Assembly (NCBI GenBank): GCA_052327205.1
Contig: CM126222.1
Coordinates: 47,492,001-47,556,000, forward strand
DNA: 64,000 nucleotides
From: Somniosus microcephalus
Lineage: Eukaryota
Direction of reading: 5' to 3'
Positions 13,481 to 25,413 of this stretch are shown one piece after another (positions within the stretch are counted from its first letter, which is position 1; each line of letters starts with the position of its first letter). The notes beneath the pieces are model-generated. The model was not told the origin of the DNA, did not search any database, and was given only the letters and a program-made list of their open reading frames with translations. The position numbers and the translations under genes are program-made.

Positions 13481-15552
13481 TATTGGTCTCACATTGAAGG
13501 GAACATAACACACAGTCTTCAGATTGCCTGATGATGTTTATAGTGACTTTAAAAAAAATTCAAGGCAAAAGGAAAAAACTGCTTACAGCCACTAGAGAGT
13601 GAGGTCATTTTGGCTGACATGATTGCTGTAGCATCATAGCATTAAGAATCTTTACAAGCTAAACAAATGGGAGGGTTTGAATGAAACAAAAACTGTGGGA
13701 GGTTATACATTATGCTTTACCAACAATCTCAGGCCCCTGCACAAACATTTGGGAGACCTGCTGCTGACACTGAAATATGTCCAAAGATTCTTACAATAAA
13801 TCAACCACATACAGGCAAAGTTGTGAGAAGTAGATTAAGGAACCTTCCCAAAATGGCAGTAATTAAGAGTAAGAAAGGAACGGAAGACTAAAAAATAAAA
13901 TCTATTATGAATGGAATAGGGAAACCAACATCTTGGAGGAGCTTGAACTGGAGAGGGTGAAGAATGATTGCAGACAGATTTGAAAAATCAACAATAATGC
14001 AACAAAAATAATCCTTACTAATATGTGTGTGTTTGTGCATTTTAACATATTGAACCTAGTGGGAGTGGGTCACACAATAGATTAGGAAAAAGCTTTTTAT
14101 TTTCTTTCATTGCTTGCCTCTGGCCTAGGGGTTAATTGAGCCCTGATTAATGGGACGGCTTTGAGTCATGTCTCAACCAAAATTTGGTACCAATTAATGC
14201 CTTCACACTCGAGGCTTTAGGGTGGCTGGTGTGAGAAATATCAATGTCACAGTGGAGCTGCAGTGATCCTCTTTTGATGACTAGTTCATGGCAGATCATT
14301 GACGGCCTTTATTTTGCATCTTGTAGACACTACCTGCTCTTGAAGTGCTTGACACTGAGCGCAAACACTTTATATTCTCCAGCATTGACATCCTTCACCT
14401 TGATCGTCACTAAAGGTCACCTTCCCCCCCAAATATTAACAATGACTACTTAGCGCACTGGAAATGGTTACACAGTTCTTGTATTGTGTAGTGACAGGTG
14501 GGGAATAGATCGTCTCGTTTGCAATTATATTTAAGTAAGCGAAGGTGGTAAATGGATGTGGGAAGTCTGTTTTATTTTGCATAGAGATGAAAGCCAAATA
14601 ATAGGGCAACAGTAATAAAAGCAAGGACACCATTCTGGAATAGGACCCAGGAAGGCAAATGTTATTATTGCCTATGGTGAGCAAGTGATTTCAGTTCATT
14701 CAAATTGAAGTTAGAGTCATTGCAATCAGAAGGACATTGCACTTGTTTTATTCTGATTTAGACTTTTCCACTTTTTTTTTTCTTTTACTTCCTTTTCTTC
14801 AAATTCATTGTGGACAACAGAGAAAGGGAGAGAAGAGAACAGAAACAATGGACAAAGACATGGAGAGATTTCTGGAAAGAATAGGACTAAACACAGAGGA
14901 AAATGTAAATGAAGCAAAAGTATATTCTTGGGGGAGGGAAGGTGAAGAAAATGGCTGCAGCAAATGCAAACTCGTCTACAAGACAAACCGCCGAGATCAT
15001 TAGACACACTTTAAGACTGATAAACAGTTGCTTGTTATCTTGTTGTTTATCTTGCATCTCGAAAAAACAACTGCAGCCAGTTTTGAAGAAATAAAGCCTC
15101 CCATAAAACAGCAGCTGGAATGCCACAAAAAGTTATTTTGAGGAAACAAGTTGTTTTTTTTTGAAAGCTGCAATTTATATATCGTTTCTTTGGACATCAA
15201 CATTTTTTTTAACAGACCTGTAACTGCATCGCTCAGAAACCATCTTATTTTTTGTCTGAAGCTTGTCTGCAACCAACAGTGAGAGAAAGTAACACCTGAT
15301 TGGTTTTGACAGCCTTCAGTCCAATCTACTAACTTGGGATTTAGAAAAACAAATTATTGATTTGATTGGTTCATACCGTCAACCTCTCATCCCAGTGAAA
15401 CAAATGATTTTTGTTTTCTGAAATGCTAATAGGCTGCCACATGGGTTGGAATGCTGACCGCAAGCTTAACGCATGAGCAGTTGCCATGAATGTGTCTTCA
15501 ACTTCAATTCATTCTTTCCCACAACCTCAACTGTGGAGCTCTTTACTTCTCT

Positions 15553-16150
15553 CTTGTAGGGCTGGAGAAGGTGACAGAGATAGGGAAGAGTAAGGGCATG
15601 AAGTTTAAATTGGAAGCTTTGGACTGGGAGCAATATGTAGGGGAGCAACTATAGGGATGATGGGTGATAGGGTCTTGGTGCGGAATAGGCATACAGGCAG
15701 CAAAGTTTTGGAGGGTGGTAGATGGGAGGCTGGTCAGGGAGAGGTTGTATAGGAGAGCCTTGGCATCGTCAAGTCCAGAGGTGAGAAATACATGGTTGAG
15801 GGTTTCAGCGGCACGTGAGCTGAGGCGGAGGCGAGCGATTTTTTTACTGAGGTAGAAGTAGGAGGTCTTTGTACTGGAGAGTATGTGGGTTCAGAAGCTG
15901 AGCTTGCAGACAAATAGGATGCAGAGATTGTAAACAGTCTGGTTCAGCCTGAGACAATGGCTGTGAGGGTGGTGCAGGGTATCAGTAACGAGGGGACGGA
16001 GTTTATGGCTGGGACAGAAGATGTTGACTCTAGTCTTCTCATTGCTTAACTGGAGGAAATTGCAGCTCATCCAAGACTGGAAATCGGACAAGCAGTCTTG
16101 AAACACCGAGGCAGTAGAGGGGAAAAGTGAGATGTAGAGCTGGGTAACTG
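15553..16150 (-). mobile_element. L2 LINE fragment
   Basis: Minus-strand DCLSDFQSWMSCNFLQLSNEKT...LRLNQTVYNL and FKLHALTLPYLCHLLQPY, homologous to the element at 1-942. Confidence 0.8.
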
Positions 16151-16419
16151 ACTTATCTCATCTCCCTTCCTACCTTTTTCAATCTTGGTGATGTTCTGCA
16201 CTATGCTTCTTGGCCCGTCAGCAATGTTTTCATCAGTTAAGAAAAACAATTGTGAATAATAAACAGCTATGTTCAAGGTACTAATCCATAGGACACAAGA
16301 TCCTCATAAAACTGTTATGTTTCCTGCGCTTTGGGTTTTTATTAAATATTGCTCTTAGCTAAGTGATTTCAAATTAAATAAATGTCAAGTTTTTAATATT
16401 GCCACAATTAAGAATTTAT

Positions 16420-17900
16420 AAAGAGAAAGCAGCATATTTGCAAAAAACCATCTAAATGACATGGAAAAGAGATGGAGAAGCACCAATTGTGTATTGCTCC
16501 CAGCCCTCTTCAGAAACATGAGGGGCGGTTGTTCTAATGCACAAAACCTGAGTCCTGGTCGTAAAAGTTATGATGGCTGTTGTAGAAGGGAGACTTAACT
16601 AGTGAAGGAAGGGTTCATGTACGTAGAAACATTCACTCCACCATCTTCGTCTTAATGTATAGATACTTTATTTCCTCAATCCAAAAATTGATAAACTGGT
16701 CAATACTACAGCTCCACAATTAACAATGACAAATTCACTGAAGTATATGTACTTCACAGTTTTAGACCCGATAGATTTATGGTAAAATCTACACCCCTTT
16801 CCATTCAAAGCACACACAAATCCAACTGTAGGGTATGTTTATTCTTCATACCTACATTCCACATAAAAAATGTTACACTCTAAAAAAGGATCTATATTAC
16901 TTATCAAACTGTGCCACAGTAACTCTTGGGTGCATACACCACCTTCCACAAAAATTAAAAAATTGGGGACTAAATATCTTGCTCTTATGAAGCCTAAATT
17001 CCTTCCATTCTTCTGGATGTATCTGACCCCATTCTGAGACACCAGTAGATCCTCTGAGGTTTCATTAATTCTCTGTGGTAAAGGACCAAGGCAGTTTGCT
17101 AGGGGTGAAAATGGAAGCAAAAGTCACTCAAACTACCAAAGTGAAAAATCTCAAGCTTCAGCAGCAGCATAAGACCACACACAATCAGGCTGTTCATAAA
17201 GATTAAATGCTACATTTGTTTTATAAACTTTCATAAACCCATATTGAATTTAAATTACTGCCTTTATTGGTAAGTGCTTTCCAAGAACACTGCCTACTTT
17301 TAAACCTCATTTCCTTAAATACTCTTGGATGAATTCTACATGGACCTGTTGCCTTTTGAATAATTGTGTGCCAGTTTTTGTTTTCATTTCACAACTTTTA
17401 CAAAATGTTATGAATTTGGATGCATCGCTTACTCCTGCAAAAATGATGAGATGCTAACAGATATAGTGGGAAAATATATTGCCGATATTTTCTTTCCAAT
17501 TTCTCATTTTGAAACCCACTTTTATCTCAATTCCGTGCCTATTGTGAACCTATCATCTTCAAAAAAAAAAAAAGTCCTTACAATATTCGATGCCATTTCT
17601 TTCTTCTAATTTTCTTTTTTAGTAGTTTGCATATTTTTACAATCTCCCTTCTTTCTAGAATTCTTAAATCTTTTAAAACATTTGTTTATTTCTATACTAT
17701 TGCCATTCCTACTTCAGCACTTCCGACTGGTTTTGATATTAACCACCTACCTTTATATGGTGTATGTTTAATTTACATCATTTCTAGTATGCCCTTAAGC
17801 TTTACGTTTCATCTGCCACTTTTTCCTATCCATTTCAATCTTCCTGAATTTAAATGAGTCTCCTGAAGTTTTTTTTAAGGGTTACTGTCTTCTGGCAATA
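16420..17900 (-). mobile_element. highly decayed LINE (probably CR1) remnant
   Basis: Pyrimidine-rich plus strand with remnants such as ctgaccccattc and atttctcattttgaaaccc, reminiscent of reversed CR1 ORF2. No intact frame; boundaries approximate. Confidence 0.35.
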
Positions 17901-18170
17901 CTCTAGGAATGCATTTCAGATTTTAGAGCAGTCTTTAAAACAGTGTTTTTCCCCCCAAGACTGACTTGACATGACTGCAAGGCTTTGTTTAACATTACCT
18001 AAAGTACCAATGCACTACCCCATCTGTTGATTACAATAATACATGTAGCTACGTCATTTATATATGCACATATACTCTTATCCAATGCAGCTACATCAAT
18101 ATTTGAATATAGGAGCCCAGCTTATAACATTGGGGCTCCTGCTAATTCTTACATACAAATAAGTTACATT

Positions 18171-18377
18171 GGCCCAGAACTTGCTGAAGCGGGGCATCTC
18201 GCAGCATGCCCCGATTGTTAGAGTTTTTTTCCTTACCCTTCAGCTCGAAAAACTTTTGCGCTACAAATTGCTGGAAGTGCGAGCTGATAATGGTCAACAG
18301 GGCATTGCTGGTTTTTTTTACACAATAATAACGATGTTATTTGAGCTCACCATTATTTTCCCAGCAAATTCTGGGCC
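18171..18377. mobile_element. MITE with 3-bp TSD (PIF/Harbinger-like)
   Basis: TIRs ggcccagaacttgctg / cagcaaattctgggcc, with att directly on both sides. Confidence 0.75.
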
Positions 18378-18591
18378 ATTGTAATCTACATCAAAAAAAG
18401 TGCCTGCATAAAAATATTTCCTTTCAAATGCCTAAGAAGCTTGTGTAACATTGTTGTACAGTTAAATTGCATCTCACTCCTATTATAGAAGATCTATAAA
18501 AATGTTTCCAGAAATAAGTGGAAATGTATTGAAATAGAATTAAGATTTCTTCAACAAACTCTACAGCAGGTGTTCTGTCCATTTTGAGGCT

Positions 18592-18727
18592 TAAGGGATC
18601 AAGGGATATGGAGAGAAGGCAGGAACAGGGTACTGAGTTTGGACGATCAGCCATGATCTCATTGAATGGTGAGCAGGCTCGAGGGGCCGAATGGCCTACT
18701 CCTGCTCCTATCTTCTATGTTTCTATG
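18592..18727 (+). mobile_element. CR1 LINE extreme 3' tail
   Basis: gggatcaagggatatggagagaaggcagg...gatcagccatgatctcattgaatgg...ggccgaatggcctactcctgctcctatcttctatgtttctatg, same family as 9921-10416. Confidence 0.85.
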
Positions 18728-18957
18728 GGTAATAAGATTATGTAGAATGGGAAAGAGCTCAAATAAGATAGTTTATGCATTTTGCAAATTTCATTAATAT
18801 TGCCATCAGTTCCCATCAGTATATCATGTTGACAAGAAATGTGTGTATGACATATATGTCATTGCAAATGTTATTTCATAGGAAATGTTTGTTCATTTCC
18901 CTTTTCTGATGCCTTGATTTCATTTACTTAAATTCATTTTGCTTGTTTGAAAACTAG

Positions 18958-19089
18958 TGTGACTCTGGTGCTGAAGGAGATGGAATGACGCATCGAAGGA
19001 AGAAAAGAAGAACCTGCAGTATGATGGAAGATGGCAGTTCTCAGTCTCGTGATGACTGTGTGAGCAAAGAGCGCAGCTCCTCCAGGTGA
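18958..19089 (+). CDS. JMJD6: JMJD6 terminal coding exon 6
   Basis: aaactag acceptor after a T-rich tract, phase 0. Encodes [43 protein letters not shown] then TGA, matching the JMJD6 C-terminus. Confidence 0.96.
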   Translation, partial: CDSGAEGDGMTHRRKKRRTCSMMEDGSSQSRDDCVSKERSSSR

Positions 19090-19125
19090 CAAGAAGCACT
19101 GGAAGATACCGACTTTGCATCCTAA

Positions 19126-19510
19126 AATAAATTAAGAATAAAAATGCAGTGAAAGATAGAACATAATTGCCAGTTTAAGACTCAATTTTAAATTCTGAAA
19201 TTTCATTTTTCTGTTGCCAATAGATATCTTTTATTTACCTCCCTGGTGGTAATTATAAATGCAGACAGAAATCTGTCTCGGATAGCCATTTAAGAAATAC
19301 AATGTTAAATAATGGATTTTTTTTTAGTTAAAATTATCTGGTGTTGTAAAGATATTTTTGTAAACTCTTCCCTACATTAACAGTAATACTGAGCTAAACA
19401 GTTATTAGTCAGTGTTGATGGCCCAGATTTATTAGATACTCTTTATTACTGTTGATTAATATTTCAGTTCAAGTTCTGCTTGAACTAAATAAAGTTAAAC
19501 ACTGAATAAA
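19126..19510 (+). terminator. candidate JMJD6 polyadenylation signals
   Basis: AATAAA at 19126, 19137, 19488 and 19505. Which is used cannot be determined from sequence. Confidence 0.5.
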
Positions 19511-19963
19511 TATGTTTTTATCTTGAAGCTCTCAATTTAGAAAACAGCATTGCTACATTTTGCACATAACTTGATTCAAAGGCAGATTTACACAGAATTC
19601 CTATCTTTATGGCAACTGCTCTAAATTCCAGATTAAAACTAAATTTGTTCTTGGTCCATATTTATTATTCTGTTAACTAATATTCCAATTATATGTATTC
19701 TCATTGATTTTTTTTTGCAGATAATGTTTTATAACAGTAGAGGTGTGTACGTTATATAGAGCAAGTGATTTGTTGCCAGAGAGAAATTGGTTATCTTTTT
19801 TCTATCTTCTTACAGTTTTTGATTACATTGTCTTTTAGCGCTTCTTAAAAAAGTGAAAACCCATATGAATGGAAATGTGCCATATCAAGTTCAGTTAGCA
19901 ATTATACTTAAATGTTATAATTTTAATAGCTTCTACTATGATGGTACACGACAGTCTAGATGA

Positions 19964-20739
19964 ATTGAAAACAGAAAATGCTGGAAATGCTGAGCAGGTC
20001 AGGCAGCATCTGTGGAGAGAGAAACAGAGTTAACGTTTTAGGTTGATGACCTTTCATTAGAATTGGAAATATTTCGAAATGTAACAGGTTTTAAGCAAGT
20101 ACAGAGGCAGGGAATGGGGGAGGGGAGGAAAGAACAAAAGTGAAGCTCTGTGATAGGCTGGAAGGCAGGAGAGATTAAATGACAAAAGAGATGATGGTGC
20201 AAGGTGAAAGGAGATGGTAATGGGACAAGTAAAGAAACAAAAGATGGGTCTAGAAGAGGTGTATATGGGAATATCAGAATCATCAGCAATAGCTGCCGTC
20301 TGCAAAAATGGGGGCAGAGGTTATGATCTGAAATTGTCGAACTCCATGTTGAGCCCAGAAGGCTGTAAAGTGCCTAACCGAAAGATGAGGTGCTGTTCCT
20401 CGAGCTTACTCTGAGCTTCATTGGAACCGTGTAGGAGGCTGAGAGTGGGAGTGGGGCAGAGAATTAAATTGACAGGCAACTGGAAGCTCGGGGTCACGCT
20501 TGCGGACTGATTGGAGGTGTTCCGCAAAGTGGCCACCCAATCTGGGTTTGGTCTCCCCAATGTAGAAGAGACCAAATCGTGAGCAGCGAATACAGTATAC
20601 TAAATTGAAAGAAGTACAAGTAAATTGAGCTAAAATGTTAACACTGTTTCTCTCTCCACAGAGGCTGCCTGACCAACTGAGTATTTCCAGCATTTTCTGT
20701 TTTTATTTCAGATTTCTAGCATCTGTGGTATTTTGCTTT
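19964..20739 (-). mobile_element. Penelope-like element, truncated, with GIY-YIG endonuclease remnant and inverted terminal copy
   Basis: Minus strand encodes NLVYCIRCSRFGLFYIGETKPRL..FAEH and KLEEQHLIFRLGTLQPSGLN. About 19967-20035 is inverted at about 20637-20705. Perfect 11-bp direct repeat agtctagatga at 19953-19963 and 20740-20750. Confidence 0.9.
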
Positions 20740-22029
20740 AGTCTAGATGATCTGCTCTCGATTCTCTTTAGAGGTGATTCGCTAGTACTTAGGAGTTCCC
20801 AAGCAGAATAAGTGTTAAATTTACAGTACTCTAGATTTCCCAATGGGCATGGGTAGCAGTACTACCCAGTATAGCATTAAGGCATACAGACCAGAAGGCC
20901 CAGGTTTGATTCTATGTCTGTGCTATTACCTGCTTCGCTGGGGCAGTGATCAGGGCTATTCTTTGACCTCTGCTGGAAGGAAAGTGTGTACTATCAGGCT
21001 TGGCCACGTTCCCCTCCATATTGGAACATAACACGTAAAGAGTGGTCATCTGGGTGAGATACAAGAGGGCTGCTGATACCAGCATGAATCAGCACCTTCA
21101 AGAGAAATGAGGGGGGAGTTTACATGACTCTTAATCGCAACTAACAACTACATTTTGCAGTGAATCACAAAACTAGTATCATTTGGTTTAGCTCAGTGAA
21201 CACCATGCACCAAAACTGAAAATGCATGTTCAGTGGTGAACTGTATTTAATAGCCAGAAATTCACATTTAAAGTGCGAGTTTTGTTTCTCTGCAGTAGCT
21301 ATACTAAATTTGAACAAGTATTTAATATTGTTCTCTAGCTTTAGACAGCTCCAGGAAAGGAGGTGGAGAGTTTGGACTTTAATTGTGGGGACCAGTAGGG
21401 AAGTAATTCCAATATATATTGTTGAATAATTATTGTGGCAATATGAAAAATATTTCCACAATTCTTTAGTCTACACATGTACTTTAAAGCTTTAATAAAT
21501 GAGGATGCGCTTTGGTAATGAACCTATTGTCATGATGTGCACCAACTACTGTGGTTTCAGTAGTTAAGGTGCTTATGCAACTTGTGGCGTTTGTTGCAAA
21601 TTTCTCTACTGAGCATTCTCCAATTTCTTGATCTCTGCTCATACCATACGTAGTGATTAGTATCGCATTGCAGCCTTTTTCCCTATCTATTGGTTTTTAT
21701 ACTTTACCGAAACAGAACTCCACTTCATATACAAACAAACCAAAACCTGTGGAAAAGTACAAGTAATATTTTCTTGTGCATTTTAAACATCCAGAATACA
21801 ATCTACTAATATTTCAAGTGATTTTTGCACTGAAACAATTTGAATTATCAAACCATTTCAGTTAAGCAGAAAAATGGGAACTTTGTGCTAAAATATTTGA
21901 ATTATCAGATAATTTGAATTTAAAAACTTTGAATTAAGAATACACAAGTTCCTTTTCCATAACTTTATTACATGTTGTATTCTCAATGAGAAGATCGACC
22001 TATGCTGGCCCTCTGATAGCGCTAACTTA

Positions 22030-22450
22030 GTCCTATTTCCAATACCCTTTCCCTATACCATTTTAAATTTATTTTCCAAATATTTATCCACTTCCCTTTC
22101 AAAAGTTATTATGGATTATGCTTCCACCTCTGTTTCTGGTATATTCCATTGTCCCAACAAACTTTTGTATGAAAATAATTCTTCTAACCTCTTTCTTCAT
22201 TCTTTTGGTGATCATTTTAACTTTATGCCCTCTAGTTCCTGACTCACCGACCAGTGGAAATAATTTTTCCCTAATTACTTAACAAAACTCATAATTTTGA
22301 ACGCTCCTATTAGTTCTCCTCTTAACCATTGTTCTAACGAAGAGTCCCGGTTTCTTCTGTTTCTCCTCATATAATTAAAGGCTGAAGTCCCTGGTTTCAT
22401 CTTAGTGAAGCTCCTTTGCACTCTATCCGTGGTCTTAATATCCTAATAAG
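22030..22450 (-). mobile_element. old CR1 3' fragment
   Basis: tatttatccacttccctttcaaaag...cttccacc...ttttaactttatgccctctagttcctgactc resembles the reversed CR1 3' coding end; diverged. Confidence 0.55.
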
Positions 22451-22894
22451 GGCAAAGGAAGCATTGGAGTATTTTGTAGCACACATAACCTCATTCTCCA
22501 GCTGTAGGACTTTCTTTAGCAATTGCTCTGGTATCAGAACTTAAGTCACCTAAGTATGTAAAACTTGACCTTGTCAAAGCTTCCTACCTCAGGAATATCA
22601 AATGATGCTACAATGAGATCAACCTTGATGATTGTGCTAGCTTTGACCGATGCTACAGCAGTCATTGTGGCACCAGACAGCATGTAGCCATCAGCTATAC
22701 ATGATGCTGAATATTTGATTTTCATGTCTCACTCGAGGCTAGAGCTGTTCACATTGATACAACTGTTATTCCTGTAAATATTAGGACCAGTTGACAACCG
22801 AGAGCCAGCCTACTGAGAATAAGCTTTGATTCCATTTTCACAGCCATGTAAGAGCTCACCTCACATGTTGCAGGTCTGTTTTTGGGCTCTGTAG

Positions 22895-23219
22895 TCTTCT
22901 TCTTGGGCAGTCCCTCGGAACCGAGGATGACTTGCTTCCACATTAAAAATGAGTTCGCAGCTGACTGATGAGTCCAATGCGGGACCTACAGTCTCTGTCA
23001 CAGGTGGGGCAGACGGTGGTTGAAGGGGCGGGTGGGTGGTGTGCCTGGGTTGATGTGCGCTCCTTGCGCTTGGCTTCCGCTTGCTCCCGGCGAAGAGACT
23101 CGAGGTGTTCGGCGCCTTCCCGGATGCTTCTCCTCCACTTTGTGCGGCCTTGGGCCAGGGATTCCCAGGTGTCGATGGGGATGTTACACTTTTTCAAGGA
23201 GGCTTTGAGGATGTCCTTG
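22895..23219 (-). mobile_element. RTE-clade LINE 3' end
   Basis: Minus strand KDILKASLKKCNIPIDTWESLAQGRTKWRRSIREG...CPTCDRDCRSRIGLISQLRTH (RTE C-terminal zinc finger), short 3' UTR ending in a (gaa)n tail. Confidence 0.88.
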
Positions 23220-23305
23220 TAGCTGGAGAGACACATCGATTCCATCGTAAGTGTTCCCTCAAACTAGGCAATAGACCAGCTTTATAGAGCGAGTCCATGC
23301 ATTTG

Positions 23306-23805
23306 AGTCATCCAAAACTCTGCTGCCCGTGCCCTAACTCTCACCAAGTCCGGTTCACCCATCACCCCTGTGCTCGCTGACCTACATTGGCTCCTGGTTA
23401 AGCAACGCCTTGATTTCAAAATTCTCATCCTTGTTTTCAAATCCCTCCATGGCTTTGCCCCTCCCTATCTCTGTAATCTCCTTCAGCCCCACAGCCCCCC
23501 GAGATATCTGCACTCCTCAAATTCTGCCCTCTTGAACATCCCTGATTATAATCGCTCAATCATCAGTGGCTGTGCCTACTGTTGCCTAGGCCCTAAGCTC
23601 TGGAACTCCCTCCCTAAACCTCTCCGCCTCTCTTTCCTCCTTTAAGACGCTCCTTAAAACCTACCACTTTGACCAAGCTTTTGGTCATCTGCCCTAATTT
23701 CTTATGTGGCTCGGTGTCAATTTTTTGTCTTAGAACACTCCTGTGCAGTGCCTTGGGAAGTTTTACTACGTTAAACGCGCTATATAAATACAAGTTGTTG
23801 TTGTT
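23306..23805 (+). mobile_element. L2 LINE 3' end
   Basis: TPVLADLHWLLVKQRLDFKILILVFKSLHGFAPPYL...GPKLWNSLP, tail gctatataaatacaagttgttgttgttg. Confidence 0.9.
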
Positions 23806-24575
23806 GAGAGTTGGTTGCGCGGATGGCTATTGTGAATCTGAAGTAATTGAGGAATACCAAGAATTTTCAGGAGGTAAGTGTGAGAAAGGTGAAGGTCACA
23901 GTCATATGATTAATAATACCTGCATTGTTTGTTATCTAGGCTTTTATCTTTCGGAGAACTATCAAGTGGTCTTGTCACATTGGTGTATTAATGGCTGTTC
24001 TTCTGAGACTGGTGTGAAGTTTAACTGGAGCGAGTGAAAATGTTCCCCTTTCCCTAGCATCAAAATACCCCTCGAAGAGTATTAAAACGGAATTTTACAA
24101 ATGTGGTATGAATTCTGTTGAATCTCTCTAGCAATGGAGGTAGTCCTCTGTTAATATTCCACCTACAAAGTATGGTAAATCACTTATAGATCTGACATAT
24201 GAAGTGCACAAGAAAATGTTAGATGAGCAATCAGCTACAATACTGTCTGGTGATAAATAGAATGTTAGAATACATGATAAAAGCTGAAGCAATAATTGCT
24301 TAAAAAACTTTAATTTGTCTGAGCTAGTGATTAGTTGTAATTATCTATGAGCCATTGAAAACATCATGTTTCAAGAAGGATTATCAGTACCTAATAATTG
24401 TGTTTTCAAACTGTAAGCCTCCCAATTAACATCTTAAATAGAATGCAATTTATTAGTACTTAGAATATACTTAAATTAAAAAAAATTACCCTTTTTTGTT
24501 TTTGAGATTTAAAAAAAGAACTTTAGAAGTGCAAGATGTACATTTTGTTGTAAATAATCCCATAATCACAGCTTA

Positions 24576-24642
24576 TAAGAACACAAGATTTAGGAGCAAG
24601 AGTAGGCCATATGGCCCCTCGAGCCTGCTCCATCATTCAATA
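24576..24642 (-). mobile_element. CR1 tail fragment
   Basis: ataagaacacaagatttaggagcaagagtaggccatatggcccctcgagcctgctccatcattcaat is the reverse of the tail at 18592-18727. Confidence 0.7.
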
Positions 24643-25210
24643 TTGTCGCTGACAGATACGTCTGATTGAATTTGCAGACATGTACATTAGTTTAAAGGTT
24701 TTTTTTTATATGTATGAGAATACCAAATGAAATGTGTATAATCATTAGCATGTATCTGGTGAAGTAGCTGTGAATGCTGAATATAATCGGTCAGCTGCAT
24801 AATTCAAGAAACTAGCCAAATTTCTGATCATATCAGCCAACTTTGTTTCCCTTAAGGGAGCTATATATTCCTGAAATAAAATTGCAGACAACTTTGCATA
24901 ATAAAAATTGATAAATTTATAATGTCAATTATTTAAAAGAAACACTATTAAATGACTGGTATGGGCCTTAAGTGAAAGAGTTGGGCAGTCTCGGTTCTAA
25001 ACCTAATAGGGTGAGGTGTGCAACACAAAACTGTTCATAATGGTAATTTTGGTCAGCATTGCCACAAAGGTGGGCTTATGTTGGTTGTGAAAAATGTCAC
25101 ACTGGCACACTAGGTGGGGCACTTCTTGAAATTTAATTCCTGAATCATGTGAAAATGTTACCCATTCACTAGCACTGACATTTTTCACCTTGAAGAATAC
25201 TAAAATTAAT

Positions 25211-25413
25211 GGCCCTGAAATTGCACCACACAATTGTAGTGTACAAATGCTTTATGCTTTCATCTGAAATTCCTCTTTCCAACATTTTAGTGAATGCATT
25301 AAACCATTTCAAATAAATGAGTTAACACTCCCACTAACGTCATGGAGGGAGAAATTTCAGATGAGCACATGAAATCTTCATATGTTAGGATAACATGGTG
25401 CAGTTTCAGGGCC
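25211..25413. mobile_element. MITE with 3-bp TSD (PIF/Harbinger-like)
   Basis: TIRs ggccctgaaattgcacca / tggtgcagtttcagggcc, with aat on both sides. TIR similar to 18171-18377. Confidence 0.75.

Noticed and set aside
21835-21940. Repeated tttgaatt(atca) motifs
   Set aside because: Most likely the eroded end of a Tigger-type element; no partner TIR found.
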